From a virus (taxonomy: Duplodnaviria; Caudoviricetes): DNA of 46,947 bases. The position numbers were made by a program, and so were the translations under genes. The DNA lies in IMG/VR virus record IMGVR_UViG_3300046115_000130, positions 1 to 46,947 of that record. One strand, written 5' to 3'. Of this stretch, positions 15,701 to 25,885 are shown one piece after another; within the stretch, counting starts at the first letter, position 1; every line of letters begins with the position of its first letter. The notes beneath the pieces were generated by a model that worked only from the letters and a program-made list of their open reading frames with translations, made no database searches and was not told where the DNA came from.

Positions 15701-18674
15701 GCATGGTCCCGGCCTGGGTGGGTGGAAGCTCCTGGCCGGTGATTTCGCTGGCTGTGCGGCGGAAGCCTTCGGCGTCTGGTTCCCGCATAAGTTCTTGCTT
15801 CTCAACCGGAGAAACGACGGTGCGGCGCATCTTCTCTGGACGGAACGCGCCCACGTCAGGATAGATCCCACCAAGCGAGCGCTTCGCTCCGACCGCTTCC
15901 GGGCTAACTTCCCATGCGTTGCCGTCAAGATAGTGGCGCCACAAAGAATAGAACTCGGATGGAGTGTATGTATTCATCTCCAATCCAACCTTATTCCATA
16001 TTTCTGGACTTGTCGTGGCTCCAAGTTCAGCCCTGTCAATCGTTAGCTTTGCTGCCGTATCGAAGTCTTTGCCGTATTCTATCTTTTCTCCTGCTGATTC
16101 CCTCTCTTTTATCATGCGATGCATCTCTTGATGCTTCAGCGTCAGAGCTTGCGTCCTCGCAGCCTTGAAAGCCTTCGCGATATCTGCTTCGGAAGCAAGC
16201 GGACTTCCAGGAATCTTTGTTCCAACGAGGAAGCTTCCTGTGCCAGCGACGATAAATGGGATTCTAGTCTCAGAAGAGCCTTGCTGTTGAGCTTTTTCTC
16301 CATGCACCTTAACTATGTCCCTAAAGATGCCAAGGTCTGCATCGACTCCAGAAAAGAAAGAATTGTTGTCATGTGAATGGATAAATGCCGCTCTCTTGCC
16401 AGCATTTACGTCTGCCCATAGCTCTCCAACGTGTAGCCTTCCAAGCTCACCATGCTTTGCGCGAAGCGGCTTGACTTCGTGCTTTCCTGCATCTTCGCCA
16501 AGGATTACGTATCCACCAAACTCTCTGCCCTTGAACGCTCCTCCTGCAGCATTCCTGCGCTTGTTCCATTCCAGAATGCGCATGGGGAAGTCGCGAGCCA
16601 TCGGGCGACCTTCGATTCCCTTTGGCGCAATCAGTTGCTCGGTAGCGAGCCCTGTCTTTGCCTCGATCTCCTGCTCCTGGAGCCCGCGGCGCCCCATGGC
16701 CCTGACCCGCTCCTCATAGGCTTCGCGCTCGGTCTTCTTTGGGAGCAGCATCTCCATGATGGATGGCTGGTTGTGCTCCTTGGCGACACCCTCCTGAGCC
16801 TGCTCGAACGAGGCGCGAACGATCTGGCGAGACTGCTTCTCTTCCGCCGCCTTTCTCTGTAGTTCTGGAAGATCGGAGAAGATGTCAACACCATGTTCCT
16901 TCAGGATCTTGTCGCGCATCTGTTGTTGCGGGCTGCTGTGAACCATGTGGAACAGGCCCATAGCCATGGCGTTCGCGCCAACGTGAATCATGTATTTGTC
17001 GAAGTTATCCTTTGTTGGATTGCGCATCAGGTTCCACGTCAAGGAATCCTTGCCATGCTGCAAGTCTTCCATGTGCGCAAATCCTACTCCCTCAAAAATG
17101 CCTCCCACAGCTTTCGCAAGCCACGTTGGAGCTTGCGCGCGAAGGAGAAGATCCCCAGCCTTTCCGCCCATCTTGCCAGCGAGAACATACAGTGGTCCTG
17201 TTGCAAAGCCAGTTGCGAAATTACTGAGCGTTGACTTCTCGTATTCTCTTACTCCTTCGTCGTTCAGTTCCCCCTTGGATCCTTCGTGGATCGCAGCGCT
17301 GAGCCCGCTGAAGGCAGAGATGCCGGCCGTTGCTCCGAGGAGCGCAGCGAGCTTCGGATACTGCTTGGCGACCTGGGAGCCGAAGATCCAGCCGATCCCC
17401 TTGGTGGCTGCCGTGGCTCCAGCCCGTCCCGCTGCTGCCATGGTCGAGCCACCCAGGATCGGGTTCGCCACGAAGCCAGCCACGTGACTAAAGATGGATG
17501 TTCCCTGCAACCAGATCGACTCATTGACGCGATCCTCAAGTTGCTTCTGGTTGATGAGCATTCCACTTTCGTTGTCCCACGGAACAGAACCAAGGCCCAT
17601 CTCCTGAGAGATGACAGCCGCAAGCGCCATGGAGCCTGGGTGGTAGTTGTTCTCGATCCACTCCGGGAGCGGTGCTCCTGGTGCAAAAAGCGCTCGCGTG
17701 AGCTTGGCTGCAGCGTAGAATGAGTCCATTCCAACGCTGGTGTTGAAGTCGTGGATCCTGATTGCCGCGAGCCCAGCGCCTTCCGTGACTCCTACCCCAA
17801 GCTTGTGCCACAATGGAGCATCGTCGAACGAGTGCGGTAGTTGCAGCGAGGCAAGTTTTCTTGCATGTTCACCAACGAGTTGTCCTTGGTATAAGGATCC
17901 TTTTGGATTCACCCCAGTATGGTATGCCTCGTTCAGCCTATTCAGGATCCTTCCAATTTCCTGCTGTGCTGCTACTTGGCGATCCGTTCGACTCACGGCT
18001 GTATCGACTTCACTGGCATAAGTCGGAGCCTTTTCAAACCTGCCTCCAGGATTAGCATTCAACCATTCCTGAAGCTGTCCCCACTCCTGAAGATCCATGA
18101 TGGAGGATTCATTGTTCCTCTGCTTCTTGAAGTTGCGGAAGATCCGATCCGCCATCAAGCCTTCGAACTCTGGAGGCTGGCCAGGAAGAAAGCTTTGTGT
18201 GATCGGGTCGTTTCCTAGATGATCCTGCAGGATCTCGTCCGACATGGACAAGGCAAGGAACTCCTCTGCCAGCGGAGTGAAGTTCTCTCCTTTCCTCTTT
18301 GCCTCTGCGTAGCGCTCCATCAACTGGGAGTGCTCGTCGCGCAGGATCTCTCCTGCAGGAGAATTGGGCTGCTCTTGCTGCAGCTTCTCGTCTGGCCCGG
18401 CATACTCATGGAACCGAAGGAAGCCCTTCAGGTCCGAGTCTTCCAGCGCCTCGATCTCGTTCAGGCGACCACCCAGCGCGTCTGCCTTGGCCCTGCCTTG
18501 CCCGAGTTGATCCCAGATCCAGGAGCCGCTCCTGGACTGCGCCTCCTGACCGATGCCGCCCCCAGGCGCCGGCTGGGTGGAGGACGAGCTACCGCCCGCG
18601 GGGGATGGAGATGCCGGATCCGCCTGGGCGGGTTCCTGGCTGGGACGAAGGCTGAGATCCTGGTTGTTGGGCAC
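12756..18674 (-). CDS. Giant internal virion/ejection protein (1972 aa) with JAB/MPN-like domain
   Basis: Last gene of the virion operon; G/A-rich hydrophobic segment; no Cys seen; REFGGYV...FIHSHDNNSFFSGVD; C-terminal AFPFYTW-type helical region. Confidence 0.8.
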   Translation of the reverse strand: MPNNQDLSLRPSQEPAQADPASPSPAGGSSSSTQPAPGGGIGQEAQSRSGSWIWDQLGQGRAKADALGGRLNEIEALEDSDLKGFLRFHEYAGPDEKLQQEQPNSPAGEILRDEHSQLMERYAEAKRKGENFTPLAEEFLALSMSDEILQDHLGNDPITQSFLPGQPPEFEGLMADRIFRNFKKQRNNESSIMDLQEWGQLQEWLNANPGGRFEKAPTYASEVDTAVSRTDRQVAAQQEIGRILNRLNEAYHTGVNPKGSLYQGQLVGEHARKLASLQLPHSFDDAPLWHKLGVGVTEGAGLAAIRIHDFNTSVGMDSFYAAAKLTRALFAPGAPLPEWIENNYHPGSMALAAVISQEMGLGSVPWDNESGMLINQKQLEDRVNESIWLQGTSIFSHVAGFVANPILGGSTMAAAGRAGATAATKGIGWIFGSQVAKQYPKLAALLGATAGISAFSGLSAAIHEGSKGELNDEGVREYEKSTLSNFATGFATGPLYVLAGKMGGKAGDLLLRAQAPTWLAKAVGGIFEGVGFAHMEDLQHGKDSLTWNLMRNPTKDNFDKYMIHVGANAMAMGLFHMVHSSPQQQMRDKILKEHGVDIFSDLPELQRKAAEEKQSRQIVRASFEQAQEGVAKEHNQPSIMEMLLPKKTEREAYEERVRAMGRRGLQEQEIEAKTGLATEQLIAPKGIEGRPMARDFPMRILEWNKRRNAAGGAFKGREFGGYVILGEDAGKHEVKPLRAKHGELGRLHVGELWADVNAGKRAAFIHSHDNNSFFSGVDADLGIFRDIVKVHGEKAQQQGSSETRIPFIVAGTGSFLVGTKIPGSPLASEADIAKAFKAARTQALTLKHQEMHRMIKERESAGEKIEYGKDFDTAAKLTIDRAELGATTSPEIWNKVGLEMNTYTPSEFYSLWRHYLDGNAWEVSPEAVGAKRSLGGIYPDVGAFRPEKMRRTVVSPVEKQELMREPDAEGFRRTASEITGQELPPTQAGTMRASEELGVPRPELVGAKEGTYHAEPELPHPPSEARAPGVPRESPLKGKLPQPGPSKLQALFHRDRTTQPGGGVLGALRSGMQATRAYIKDVFHGRRSLMADVRAGRLGAAEAIEKLGYRARFRQLGEFEDRFVAEVDRLGVEVGNAERTAGGRFFDALAPLGSIAEGSKDPGAAQALRKRSADDLMELLYLKDFAASAERGETLPLGIEPGEVKARLDALRPTQEVLQAAANVRALLDQAGEQLVARGVISREHLKPDYMPHRVADFFDAFSSFTPGRTVGKLREAFRGYMKARKGSERMIDTDPEAVVAYLTQVQKDNAVHDFIVRNGEAVHKRMMDALDDAGIRTDWADMKPEEWKQARQDLHDKGMVVYDSRVGDLGRRNLAQDPVAQTIYREFSDRGEMSMPDILEVGRNIKPNAEKQVYLVPKEVAELWSDIRAPKKSLINSPTLNAIRRQVGQWFKAPALRGILGLKTIPRQGRNLISDEGAILFKKTIREAIAIHRKLPESHRIIRSLTDPEWGKKNLTPTEQSLKQEMQIHGTISGGETFEALGPGGAVKDHPVFKKIYGDWDNWWNLKKHYQGDYKWVRTVDTYSENIFRAAVWLAERSKLIREGIDAESAARAAHLETGRILVNYNHNTPLEANVLNTLAFPFYTWIRHQVTSTVAEGLRRPGSMAAKYGTIQAALMAWNYMMAEDEESKFIQLGHRGAQTPHFWLPWVRDSEGNPMMVSWEMPTDMTARFFGLGGAGSKLGDYLWGHGDADILWRDLATGGMEESALTGGKFAQDWMAPWFRAAGGWMGFRSKFVMPGELAGTQAEKALTAARPIADVTRLFDDRRSIAQKVTDFMPFGKFVELTEGVPADKRVFEFYAGRQQRHEAQLNLEVKLNLRKIDNAIKSGNWDKARSLIEDVWNDQADDLAPLGYTKLHLANRFWNALQNKWRRDIWNKMPGSVSARFHSLNDQQKIAALREMGLLEEVEEEK

Positions 18675-19773
18675 CTGGGGCTCCTTGCGACTGCTGCTCT
18701 CCCCCCATGGTAGCGCCGGACTGCATCGATCGCGCCGCTGCGGCTGCGATGTCTGGGTCCGCCAGTTCCATGATGGTGAGTTGGGCAGCTAGCCGGTTAA
18801 TCATCTTGCCGGCAAACTGTGGCCCTTTTTCCATGGCCATCTGCTGCATGATCGGATTACTCTGCAGGTAGTTTCTGACCTGAGGAATCCAGCGATTCGT
18901 CATAATCATCTGTTCCTTGCTTCCAGGAACGATGTAGCTTGTGTCTCCTGTCTTGGCTGCAAGCTGGAAAGCCTGTGCGTTGCGAGCAGTCTTCATCTGC
19001 TCTGCGAACTGCTGCATCTGCTCTGGGCCTTGCTGTCCACCGCTGAAGCCCATCTTCTTGGCATCTTCAGGAGAGAGCCCCATGGCAAGCGGATTGTCTC
19101 CACCGCCACGCATGGCAGAAGAACGAGCCTTGTGCTCAAGATCGGCAAGCTTCTCGATACTTCCGATCATTGACTGCTTTGCTTTCTCCTCAAGCTCCGC
19201 CGCCTCTGTGCCAGACTTCATTCTGGCTTCCGCCATGTTCATATCGAACTTCTGGCGGTTCTGCGAAATCTCAGAAAGAATGGACGTGCGCTTCGCATTC
19301 AGGAGGTTGTGCTCTGCCACCCTGGTCTGCTTCGCCATCTCCGTGGGCTGGTAGGTTCCGGTCGCCTTGTCGAACGTCACCTTGCCTTCGGTTGCGGCCT
19401 GGAACTGACGCTCCTGCTCACGCTCCTTGGATCTTGCATCCAACTCCATCTTGAGTTTCTGTTGGCGCTGCTGCCCTTCTTGTTGCTGCAGGGAAGACTG
19501 ATCCTGGAACTTCTCGCCCTGCATCTCGCGCTCGAACTGCTGCTGCGAGCCCATCTTGTCCATCTCGAACTGACTTGCTCGCTTCTCTCCTGCGCGCTTT
19601 TCGATGTATTCCGTCGCTTGATTGACTGGGCCAGTAATCATCTCGCCAGTCGCAGCGATCTTGTCTGCCTCTGCAGCGCCCTTCGCTTGCATTGCCTGGA
19701 TGACTCCAGGTCCGCCACGCTGAACGATGTCGGCTTCGGATTGCTGCCCACGCTTTCCACCGTATTCAGGCAT
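18589..19773 (-). CDS. Internal virion/ejection protein (Q/M-rich coiled coil)
   Basis: Position, composition, no Cys. Confidence 0.7.
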   Translation of the reverse strand: MPEYGGKRGQQSEADIVQRGGPGVIQAMQAKGAAEADKIAATGEMITGPVNQATEYIEKRAGEKRASQFEMDKMGSQQQFEREMQGEKFQDQSSLQQQEGQQRQQKLKMELDARSKEREQERQFQAATEGKVTFDKATGTYQPTEMAKQTRVAEHNLLNAKRTSILSEISQNRQKFDMNMAEARMKSGTEAAELEEKAKQSMIGSIEKLADLEHKARSSAMRGGGDNPLAMGLSPEDAKKMGFSGGQQGPEQMQQFAEQMKTARNAQAFQLAAKTGDTSYIVPGSKEQMIMTNRWIPQVRNYLQSNPIMQQMAMEKGPQFAGKMINRLAAQLTIMELADPDIAAAAARSMQSGATMGGEQQSQGAPGAQQPGSQPSSQPGTRPGGSGISIPRGR

Positions 19774-20579
19774 TAGAACATCCCCGATTCACCGGCGCCT
19801 TGTGCAGTCAACGCAAGGCTGGCTCCGCCGGTGAATGCGGCTCCAGCGATACCAAGTCCCATCTTGATGTAGCCACCAATGGCACGACGCTTCGCAGCTT
19901 TCTTCTGCTGCCTCATCTGCTCGCGAATGAGTGCTTCTTGTTTGTCTTGGAACTCTTTGGCAATCCAATAGGAAAAGTCAGAAGGATTGACTTGACGGCT
20001 TGCGTATAGCTGTGCCATCTGTCCATACGTTCCAGATGTGTAAGCAGCAAGAGAACCCCTGCCGCCTCGCTGCAAAAGCCCTTGCTGCTGCTGAAGAGCC
20101 GATTCAGCCTTCTTCTCATATCCTCGCATTTTTTCATCTGCAAGGCGTTGTGAAATGAGATTGAAGGCAGCCGCTTCATCAGCATTTCTCGGAGTGCGAA
20201 GCGCTGTTCCTTCTTCATCGAACAAGCCCGATCCACCAATGTCGATGCCATACATCCTCCCAAGGTAGTTTCCGAGTTCAGAGATAGACGTGGTGCCCGG
20301 CATACTGGGTGGAGGAGAACCAACCTGAGCCGCGGCCGGCTGCGGAACCCTGCCCATGGCGCCCATGGACAGGAAGGACTGGTTCCCAGCCGGCGCCTGC
20401 CCACCCCCAGCCGCGCCACCCCCACCACCCTGCGGGCCGGGCGCCTGCTGCCCAGCCCCCGGCTGCATCCCCGCTGCCTGGGTGAGAGAAGACAGCCCGG
20501 TCTGCGCGCTGCGCCCGGTATACCGGGACGTGGCTGCCTGACCGGACACTGCCTGGATTTGCTCGGAGCCGTAGGGCAT
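19773..20579 (-). CDS. Internal virion/pilot protein
   Basis: G/A/Q-rich, C-terminal GLGIAGAAFTGGASL hydrophobic segment, no Cys. Confidence 0.7.
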   Translation of the reverse strand: MPYGSEQIQAVSGQAATSRYTGRSAQTGLSSLTQAAGMQPGAGQQAPGPQGGGGGAAGGGQAPAGNQSFLSMGAMGRVPQPAAAQVGSPPPSMPGTTSISELGNYLGRMYGIDIGGSGLFDEEGTALRTPRNADEAAAFNLISQRLADEKMRGYEKKAESALQQQQGLLQRGGRGSLAAYTSGTYGQMAQLYASRQVNPSDFSYWIAKEFQDKQEALIREQMRQQKKAAKRRAIGGYIKMGLGIAGAAFTGGASLALTAQGAGESGMF

Positions 20580-20582
20580 GGG

Positions 20583-20846
20583 TCACTTCTTTGGTTTCTT
20601 CTCTGCACCTGTAGCGTCAGCGCTTGGGTTTGCAAGTGCGTATTCTATGAACACTTCAAGGACTTCGTAAAGAAGGTTTCCTTGCTTAGCTGCATCCGAC
20701 GGATCCGCTGCGGCAACGTCGATTGCGACACGAACTCGCTCCGATTGTTCAGTCGTGAAGCCTCTAGCAGCTTCGTCGAGCAACTGAGCCATGGCCTGAA
20801 CTGGTCCTGCGCCAAGTGGAGTTAGATGGTCATTCGTCGCGAACAT
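20583..20846 (-). CDS. Hypothetical protein (possible spike chaperone)
   Basis: Directly after the spike gene; GAGG RBS. Confidence 0.6.
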   Translation of the reverse strand: MFATNDHLTPLGAGPVQAMAQLLDEAARGFTTEQSERVRVAIDVAAADPSDAAKQGNLLYEVLEVFIEYALANPSADATGAEKKPKK

Positions 20847-20858
20847 GTTTTGCCTCAG

Positions 20859-22199
20859 TTAACGGGAAATTCCAACGTTGTTTCGGTAGTAAGCTGAATC
20901 GAAGTGAACACGCATGTTGCCGGCAGCCGCTCCGCCGGTTCCGATGTCGCCAAGAAGCTGCAGGATAGGGCCACACTGCCTACCAGCACCGGTAGGAATG
21001 TTGGATCCAATCGTTCCAACAGAAGTTCCATTGATGAAGAATTCAACAGACGTTGCGCCTGAGTTGACAACCGCCCTCAGTCGATACCAAGTATTGCTCG
21101 CAATAGCTGTCCCAGTGTTCGTTACGGTTGCAGATGAATTACTGGATGTCTTGATTCTCCAGTTTGTAGACTGGACAGGATCTGCTTCGAAGTAGACACC
21201 ATCAACAAAGTCTGCAGTAAGGACATCTCCAAATCCAACCCTTACAACGATGAAGAAGTTGGTTGTGTTAGTTTCGAAGAATGGGATCCTTATGACCCAA
21301 TCGAATATCCATCCACCTTCAATCAAGACAGAATCTAGATCTTGGTATATGTCGCAACGCGGAGAGGATGCAGGAGTCTCTGTAGCTGCTGCTGCTTGTA
21401 GATACTTGATACCTGGATGATCGTTCTCCCCTGGAATGGTTCCTATGGCAACCGTTGCTCCTACGCTGTCGGTATCAAGCAATACATACCAGTTCTCATT
21501 TCCAACATTGTTTACAGACCCGCCCAGAGGAGTAAAGTCTACGTCTCCTCCAAGGAACTCATCGAAGAACTCTGTCATCGTGGCTGGAGCGAAATCGTAG
21601 CTTACCGTTATGTCGCTTTGAAGGTTGCTTGACGCTCCACCATTTATCCTGATTGGACTAGTTCCGCTGATGAGGCGGTTGCTGCCAACTGCTTCCCCTG
21701 CACCAACCGGATTTATAACGAGCGCAAGTAGAACCTGATCTCCAAGTGTCAAGCCAAGAAGTGGTGACAGTGGAGCAAGCGCTCGGAAGTTTAGAATGGT
21801 CCCAGTCTTGTCCCTGAATACAAGTCCGACTCCTGCTCCACCAGTCCCAACGTTTGATCCGTTGGTTACTGTTCCAGTTAGCCCTGGAACAGAGATCGTA
21901 AGGTCGAATTCATCGTTCGGACCATCTTCGTTCAACTGTATAGTTACGTTGGATCCTTCGATGAAGTTAAGATTCGGCCTTGGTCCGATTCTTGGTCCAC
22001 TGTTGAGGCTCGTGAGGAGGGATGCCCCACCTTCGATCAATTGATCGATTCTGTCATTTGTGCAATTAATCGAATTACGATGCTTCTCGAATCCTCCAAG
22101 AATCAGATTGATTGCCGTCTGGATAGGCTCAGACTGAGGAGGATCTTTCTGTGTGAATGGGATGATTACTGGTCCAGGAACGCAAATTGAGCCACTCAT
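20859..22199 (-). CDS. Tail spike/fibre with C-terminal beta-sandwich (lectin-like) domain
   Basis: G/T/N-rich shaft; FFDEF...DGVYF...NTWYRLR...VEFFING pattern. Confidence 0.7.
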   Translation of the reverse strand: MSGSICVPGPVIIPFTQKDPPQSEPIQTAINLILGGFEKHRNSINCTNDRIDQLIEGGASLLTSLNSGPRIGPRPNLNFIEGSNVTIQLNEDGPNDEFDLTISVPGLTGTVTNGSNVGTGGAGVGLVFRDKTGTILNFRALAPLSPLLGLTLGDQVLLALVINPVGAGEAVGSNRLISGTSPIRINGGASSNLQSDITVSYDFAPATMTEFFDEFLGGDVDFTPLGGSVNNVGNENWYVLLDTDSVGATVAIGTIPGENDHPGIKYLQAAAATETPASSPRCDIYQDLDSVLIEGGWIFDWVIRIPFFETNTTNFFIVVRVGFGDVLTADFVDGVYFEADPVQSTNWRIKTSSNSSATVTNTGTAIASNTWYRLRAVVNSGATSVEFFINGTSVGTIGSNIPTGAGRQCGPILQLLGDIGTGGAAAGNMRVHFDSAYYRNNVGISR

Positions 22200-25100
22200 T
22201 CTTCCATCTCCTCAAACGTTGGAACAACATTGAGGACCCTGATCGGCTGTTCTGGAGCGAAGTTCGACAGCTTGTATCCCATGTATGCGTGCTTAATGCG
22301 ACCAATGGATACGTTCTGTCTTCCCTTTGGACTCGACATCAACATAGTCCTGTCTCCAGGAATACCAGTGTCGTCCGAAGAGATTGCCCCTGCTCTCTCA
22401 TCCACTGCAGCGAAGTCAGGAAGGAACTCAATCTTGAGAAGACTGTCAAACTCTTCTGGAACGTGAACTAGGAATAGATCAATCGTTCTCTTCTGTGTAG
22501 AATCTTTTCCAAGGTTCGAAGGCTTCAGCGTTGCATACCAGTTGATCGGACCAAGCATGTATTCAGTTCCAATATCCAGTGGCGCCGCGCTGGGTGGAGT
22601 GTAGTAGACGCGCTGCTTGGTCGAAGCCCAAACGGTCCGCTGATCCCACTTGCTGCCGTCTGCAGCCGTGAAGGAGCCGGCTGCGTCGCGGAAGTAGACG
22701 CACGCGCCAGCCATCCCTAGCGGCTGCTCGTCCAAGAACGGCGACAGCCCTGCCGCGCCTGACAGCCCACCCAGCCCCGGGATCCCGCCCTCCACGAAGG
22801 TCGCCGAGGAGTCGGAGAAGCTGAAGGTGTCTGAAGCGGAAGTAATGAAGCCGCGCACGGACCCCGTGTTCCCTGGAGTCCCAACCCCGTCCGTGTGGCC
22901 AGTGTCAGCAACCCAGACGAAACCTTTGTCATCTCCAAGGTATACTTTCGGATTTCCTTCTGAATCCTTGGCGACGATCATGCTGAGGAACTGGTTGCAG
23001 AACTCGTAGAGAGTTACTGTGTCTTCCTTGTAGTCCCAGACGATGATGCAGTCGAACCCACGATTGCTTCGGATCGTTGGGATCCCTAGCCAGACTTGTT
23101 GTCGGACTGGGTAATTGACAGCAACCGCCTCAGGAACGAGTCCGTTACGGTTTCTTCGCATGTAGCGTGGACTGTCAGGATCAATGAAGATGTCGGAGAT
23201 CCCATCCGAAACAGGGAGATGTTGCACCCCTCTACCATCAAATAGAGCGATCCCTCGGTCAGCAAGCCAAAGTGACCAATTCTCAACTTGAGTAAATGTT
23301 CTTGACCCAACGCATCCAATGTCTGGTGAAATTCTGGCCGGATCGACAATTTCAGTAGCCGGGATTTCTCGGTAATCAGCCACGTAAGTTTTTGTTCGCT
23401 TTGCAATGATGATTCTGTCATAGGAACTCCCAAGCATTGTGATGAAGTCGCCGTCTCCTGGCTCCACTGGGAACTGGTTGACGATGGGCCAGTATTCTGG
23501 CTCCTCAGGCTCCGAGTAGTATACCGTGTTCGCGTCTCCGCAGATGGTGTAGAGGCGCCCGGCGGCGGACGGTCCTTCATACTCCTCGTAGAGCCGAAGG
23601 CCGTTGATCGCTGGGGAAGTTCCCACGCTGGGTGGGAGGATGAACTGGATTTGATACTTCCGGCAGTCCCCCTGGACTTGGATGTAGCGCCCCTCAAGAC
23701 AGCGGTCCCACTGCACATCAAAGTCGCCAATTACATCCTTGCTTCCGTTCTGGACTGAAACTGTGCCAGCCGGATTGGTGAGTGGTATATCACCTGCACC
23801 GAAGATTCTCCTCTTGTGAGAGATTAAATATGGAACGCAAGGAGGAGGATTGTTCAGTTGAGACAGGAAATCGTTGATGAAGTCCAACTGGTTGTCGGAC
23901 AGCATGTCAACGAACGTTGTGGTAACGTCTGGATTGAAGCATCCTACCTTTGCAAGATTCGGGAACGCTCCATTTGCAACAGTCCTGTAGATACAGATTT
24001 CACAAATCTGAGAGTCGCTAGGAATCATCATTCCAGCAAATCCAAGAGTTACCTTAGCTGCTGGAACTGCTCCGACCGTTGAAACGGTAAATGGAACGGA
24101 CGGATTGCTTTCTTTTCCAGTGCAACAGTTTTTGAATGTATAGGCGTATGTGTAGACAGCGCCAGCCGTCAGCCCAAGTCCGCCTGGAGATGGATTGTGG
24201 TTGTCAACAATTCTGTTTGCTGGAGACGGTGCGTGATTTACAAAAGGCTGCGGAAGCCCAGCATCCTGTATGACCCCAGCCTGTGGATCAAACTTCTTCG
24301 GAATGGCAGCTCCATTGCCAATCAGAAGGATGCCGGGCGTTCCGCCGCCGGCTGCGGTAGAGACACAGCCTATTGGATCAAAGTCGCCAACCGCAAAGAG
24401 GTTCCCTAGGCTGGGTGCGAGTCCAGTCGGAACGTCGAACGAGATGGCAAGGAAGACACCCGAGAGCCCACTGTCAGATGCACCGCCACCGCCATATGCC
24501 CCAAGCGCCTTGAAGTAGAACGACCTGTCTCCAATGCAACCATTCGGAAGAGCAAGAGATGAAGCTGCATCCAGGTTGATCTCAACGAGAGAGTGTGTGG
24601 GCCCTCCGCTCCCGATGAGAAGAGCAGGTGAAGCATCAAAGTTGCAGGTTCTTGCAGATTCGAACTTGTCTTCATCTCTACTTCGTAGCTGGATATTGAC
24701 ACCGGAGCCGGTGTCTGAGCGCATCATGGCCCATGCTCTCATGGGTCTCACAAGGTTCGCTACGTTTGCGAAGTAGAGAGGAGCAAAGAGATCTCCTCCT
24801 CCAACCGCAGTGTTGATTGGAACTGTGGTGGCGTATCCACTATTCGCCTGTCGAGCAGTGTAGACTGTGGTTGTCCTTGAGAATCCAGACTGCTGCTCCA
24901 CTTCAAGAACGATGTAGAGACACCTTCCTGGTGAGGAGAGAGCCCAGTATGCAGCGCTGCTCGGGTTGACAGAGACGTTGTAGACTTCGTTGTCGGTAAG
25001 CAGCGCCTTCAGGTCTGTGCTCCTGAAAGCTACCATACCCATGACTTGACCAACGTTAAATACTGAAGATCCAATTGTGCATGTCTGGCTGAAGACATCT

Positions 25101-25885
25101 GATCCAGCATTGTTCTTCAGCTTAAACACTACGCTTCCAGTTGGCGATCCAACGTCAAGCTGAACGAAAGCAACAATTCTGACTGCAGTTACGTTCTCAA
25201 ACTCAGACGCCTTCCACCTGAATCGGCGCCTCCTGGCGATTGCATCGATCGCGGATCCCTCGTAATCCGCTCCAGTGGCAGTGGTTCCGTCATTCGTATC
25301 CCACATAGGGATTTGCGTGACGGTTCTATTCACCGTATCTGGAGCCTGGACAACGCTGATTCCAGCGCTTCCAAGAACAAGATCTCCAGCGCTAGCGTCT
25401 GTTCTCTGTGCTCCAAACTGCAACATGAGATACTGATTCTCTGTCGCATTGTTCCAGATATCTCGGAACGATTGGGCTGTGAGGGCATCGAATAAAGGAA
25501 CAGAAGACAAATATTCAACCAACGATGATTGGCTTACTGACTGTCCACTAACTAGAATGTCTGCAGTGTTGACAGCAAAATTGTTGTATTGAAACCCTGT
25601 TCCACTCCCAGGTGTCGGAGCTACCGATGTGACTGGTAGTCCTGGCCCGGTTCCGGTCCTGGCAACCCACAATTTCCCATTCCAAACCGCCCCTATTGTA
25701 TTTGGAGCCCGCCCTTCCACCCAGGGCCACACCTGTTGAACGTTGCTGTAGGCGCGCGGTCTAACGAACGCCACGTGCCTTGCGTCTGCTGTGGCTGGGC
25801 CAACCGCTACGGTTGACACTTCATTTGCATGGGATCTGCAAATCTTTGGATATCTAACGTTCAGAGTTGTGTTCTGAACAGGCAT
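22196..25885 (-). CDS. Tail nozzle/stabilisation protein (P22 gp10 / T7 gp12-like) with large N-terminal extra domain
   Basis: YTYAYTF...ESNPS; VYYSEPEEPEYWP...GDFITML...IIAKRTKTY...ISPDIGCVG beta-propeller motifs. Confidence 0.8.
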   Translation of the reverse strand: MPVQNTTLNVRYPKICRSHANEVSTVAVGPATADARHVAFVRPRAYSNVQQVWPWVEGRAPNTIGAVWNGKLWVARTGTGPGLPVTSVAPTPGSGTGFQYNNFAVNTADILVSGQSVSQSSLVEYLSSVPLFDALTAQSFRDIWNNATENQYLMLQFGAQRTDASAGDLVLGSAGISVVQAPDTVNRTVTQIPMWDTNDGTTATGADYEGSAIDAIARRRRFRWKASEFENVTAVRIVAFVQLDVGSPTGSVVFKLKNNAGSDVFSQTCTIGSSVFNVGQVMGMVAFRSTDLKALLTDNEVYNVSVNPSSAAYWALSSPGRCLYIVLEVEQQSGFSRTTTVYTARQANSGYATTVPINTAVGGGDLFAPLYFANVANLVRPMRAWAMMRSDTGSGVNIQLRSRDEDKFESARTCNFDASPALLIGSGGPTHSLVEINLDAASSLALPNGCIGDRSFYFKALGAYGGGGASDSGLSGVFLAISFDVPTGLAPSLGNLFAVGDFDPIGCVSTAAGGGTPGILLIGNGAAIPKKFDPQAGVIQDAGLPQPFVNHAPSPANRIVDNHNPSPGGLGLTAGAVYTYAYTFKNCCTGKESNPSVPFTVSTVGAVPAAKVTLGFAGMMIPSDSQICEICIYRTVANGAFPNLAKVGCFNPDVTTTFVDMLSDNQLDFINDFLSQLNNPPPCVPYLISHKRRIFGAGDIPLTNPAGTVSVQNGSKDVIGDFDVQWDRCLEGRYIQVQGDCRKYQIQFILPPSVGTSPAINGLRLYEEYEGPSAAGRLYTICGDANTVYYSEPEEPEYWPIVNQFPVEPGDGDFITMLGSSYDRIIIAKRTKTYVADYREIPATEIVDPARISPDIGCVGSRTFTQVENWSLWLADRGIALFDGRGVQHLPVSDGISDIFIDPDSPRYMRRNRNGLVPEAVAVNYPVRQQVWLGIPTIRSNRGFDCIIVWDYKEDTVTLYEFCNQFLSMIVAKDSEGNPKVYLGDDKGFVWVADTGHTDGVGTPGNTGSVRGFITSASDTFSFSDSSATFVEGGIPGLGGLSGAAGLSPFLDEQPLGMAGACVYFRDAAGSFTAADGSKWDQRTVWASTKQRVYYTPPSAAPLDIGTEYMLGPINWYATLKPSNLGKDSTQKRTIDLFLVHVPEEFDSLLKIEFLPDFAAVDERAGAISSDDTGIPGDRTMLMSSPKGRQNVSIGRIKHAYMGYKLSNFAPEQPIRVLNVVPTFEEMEE

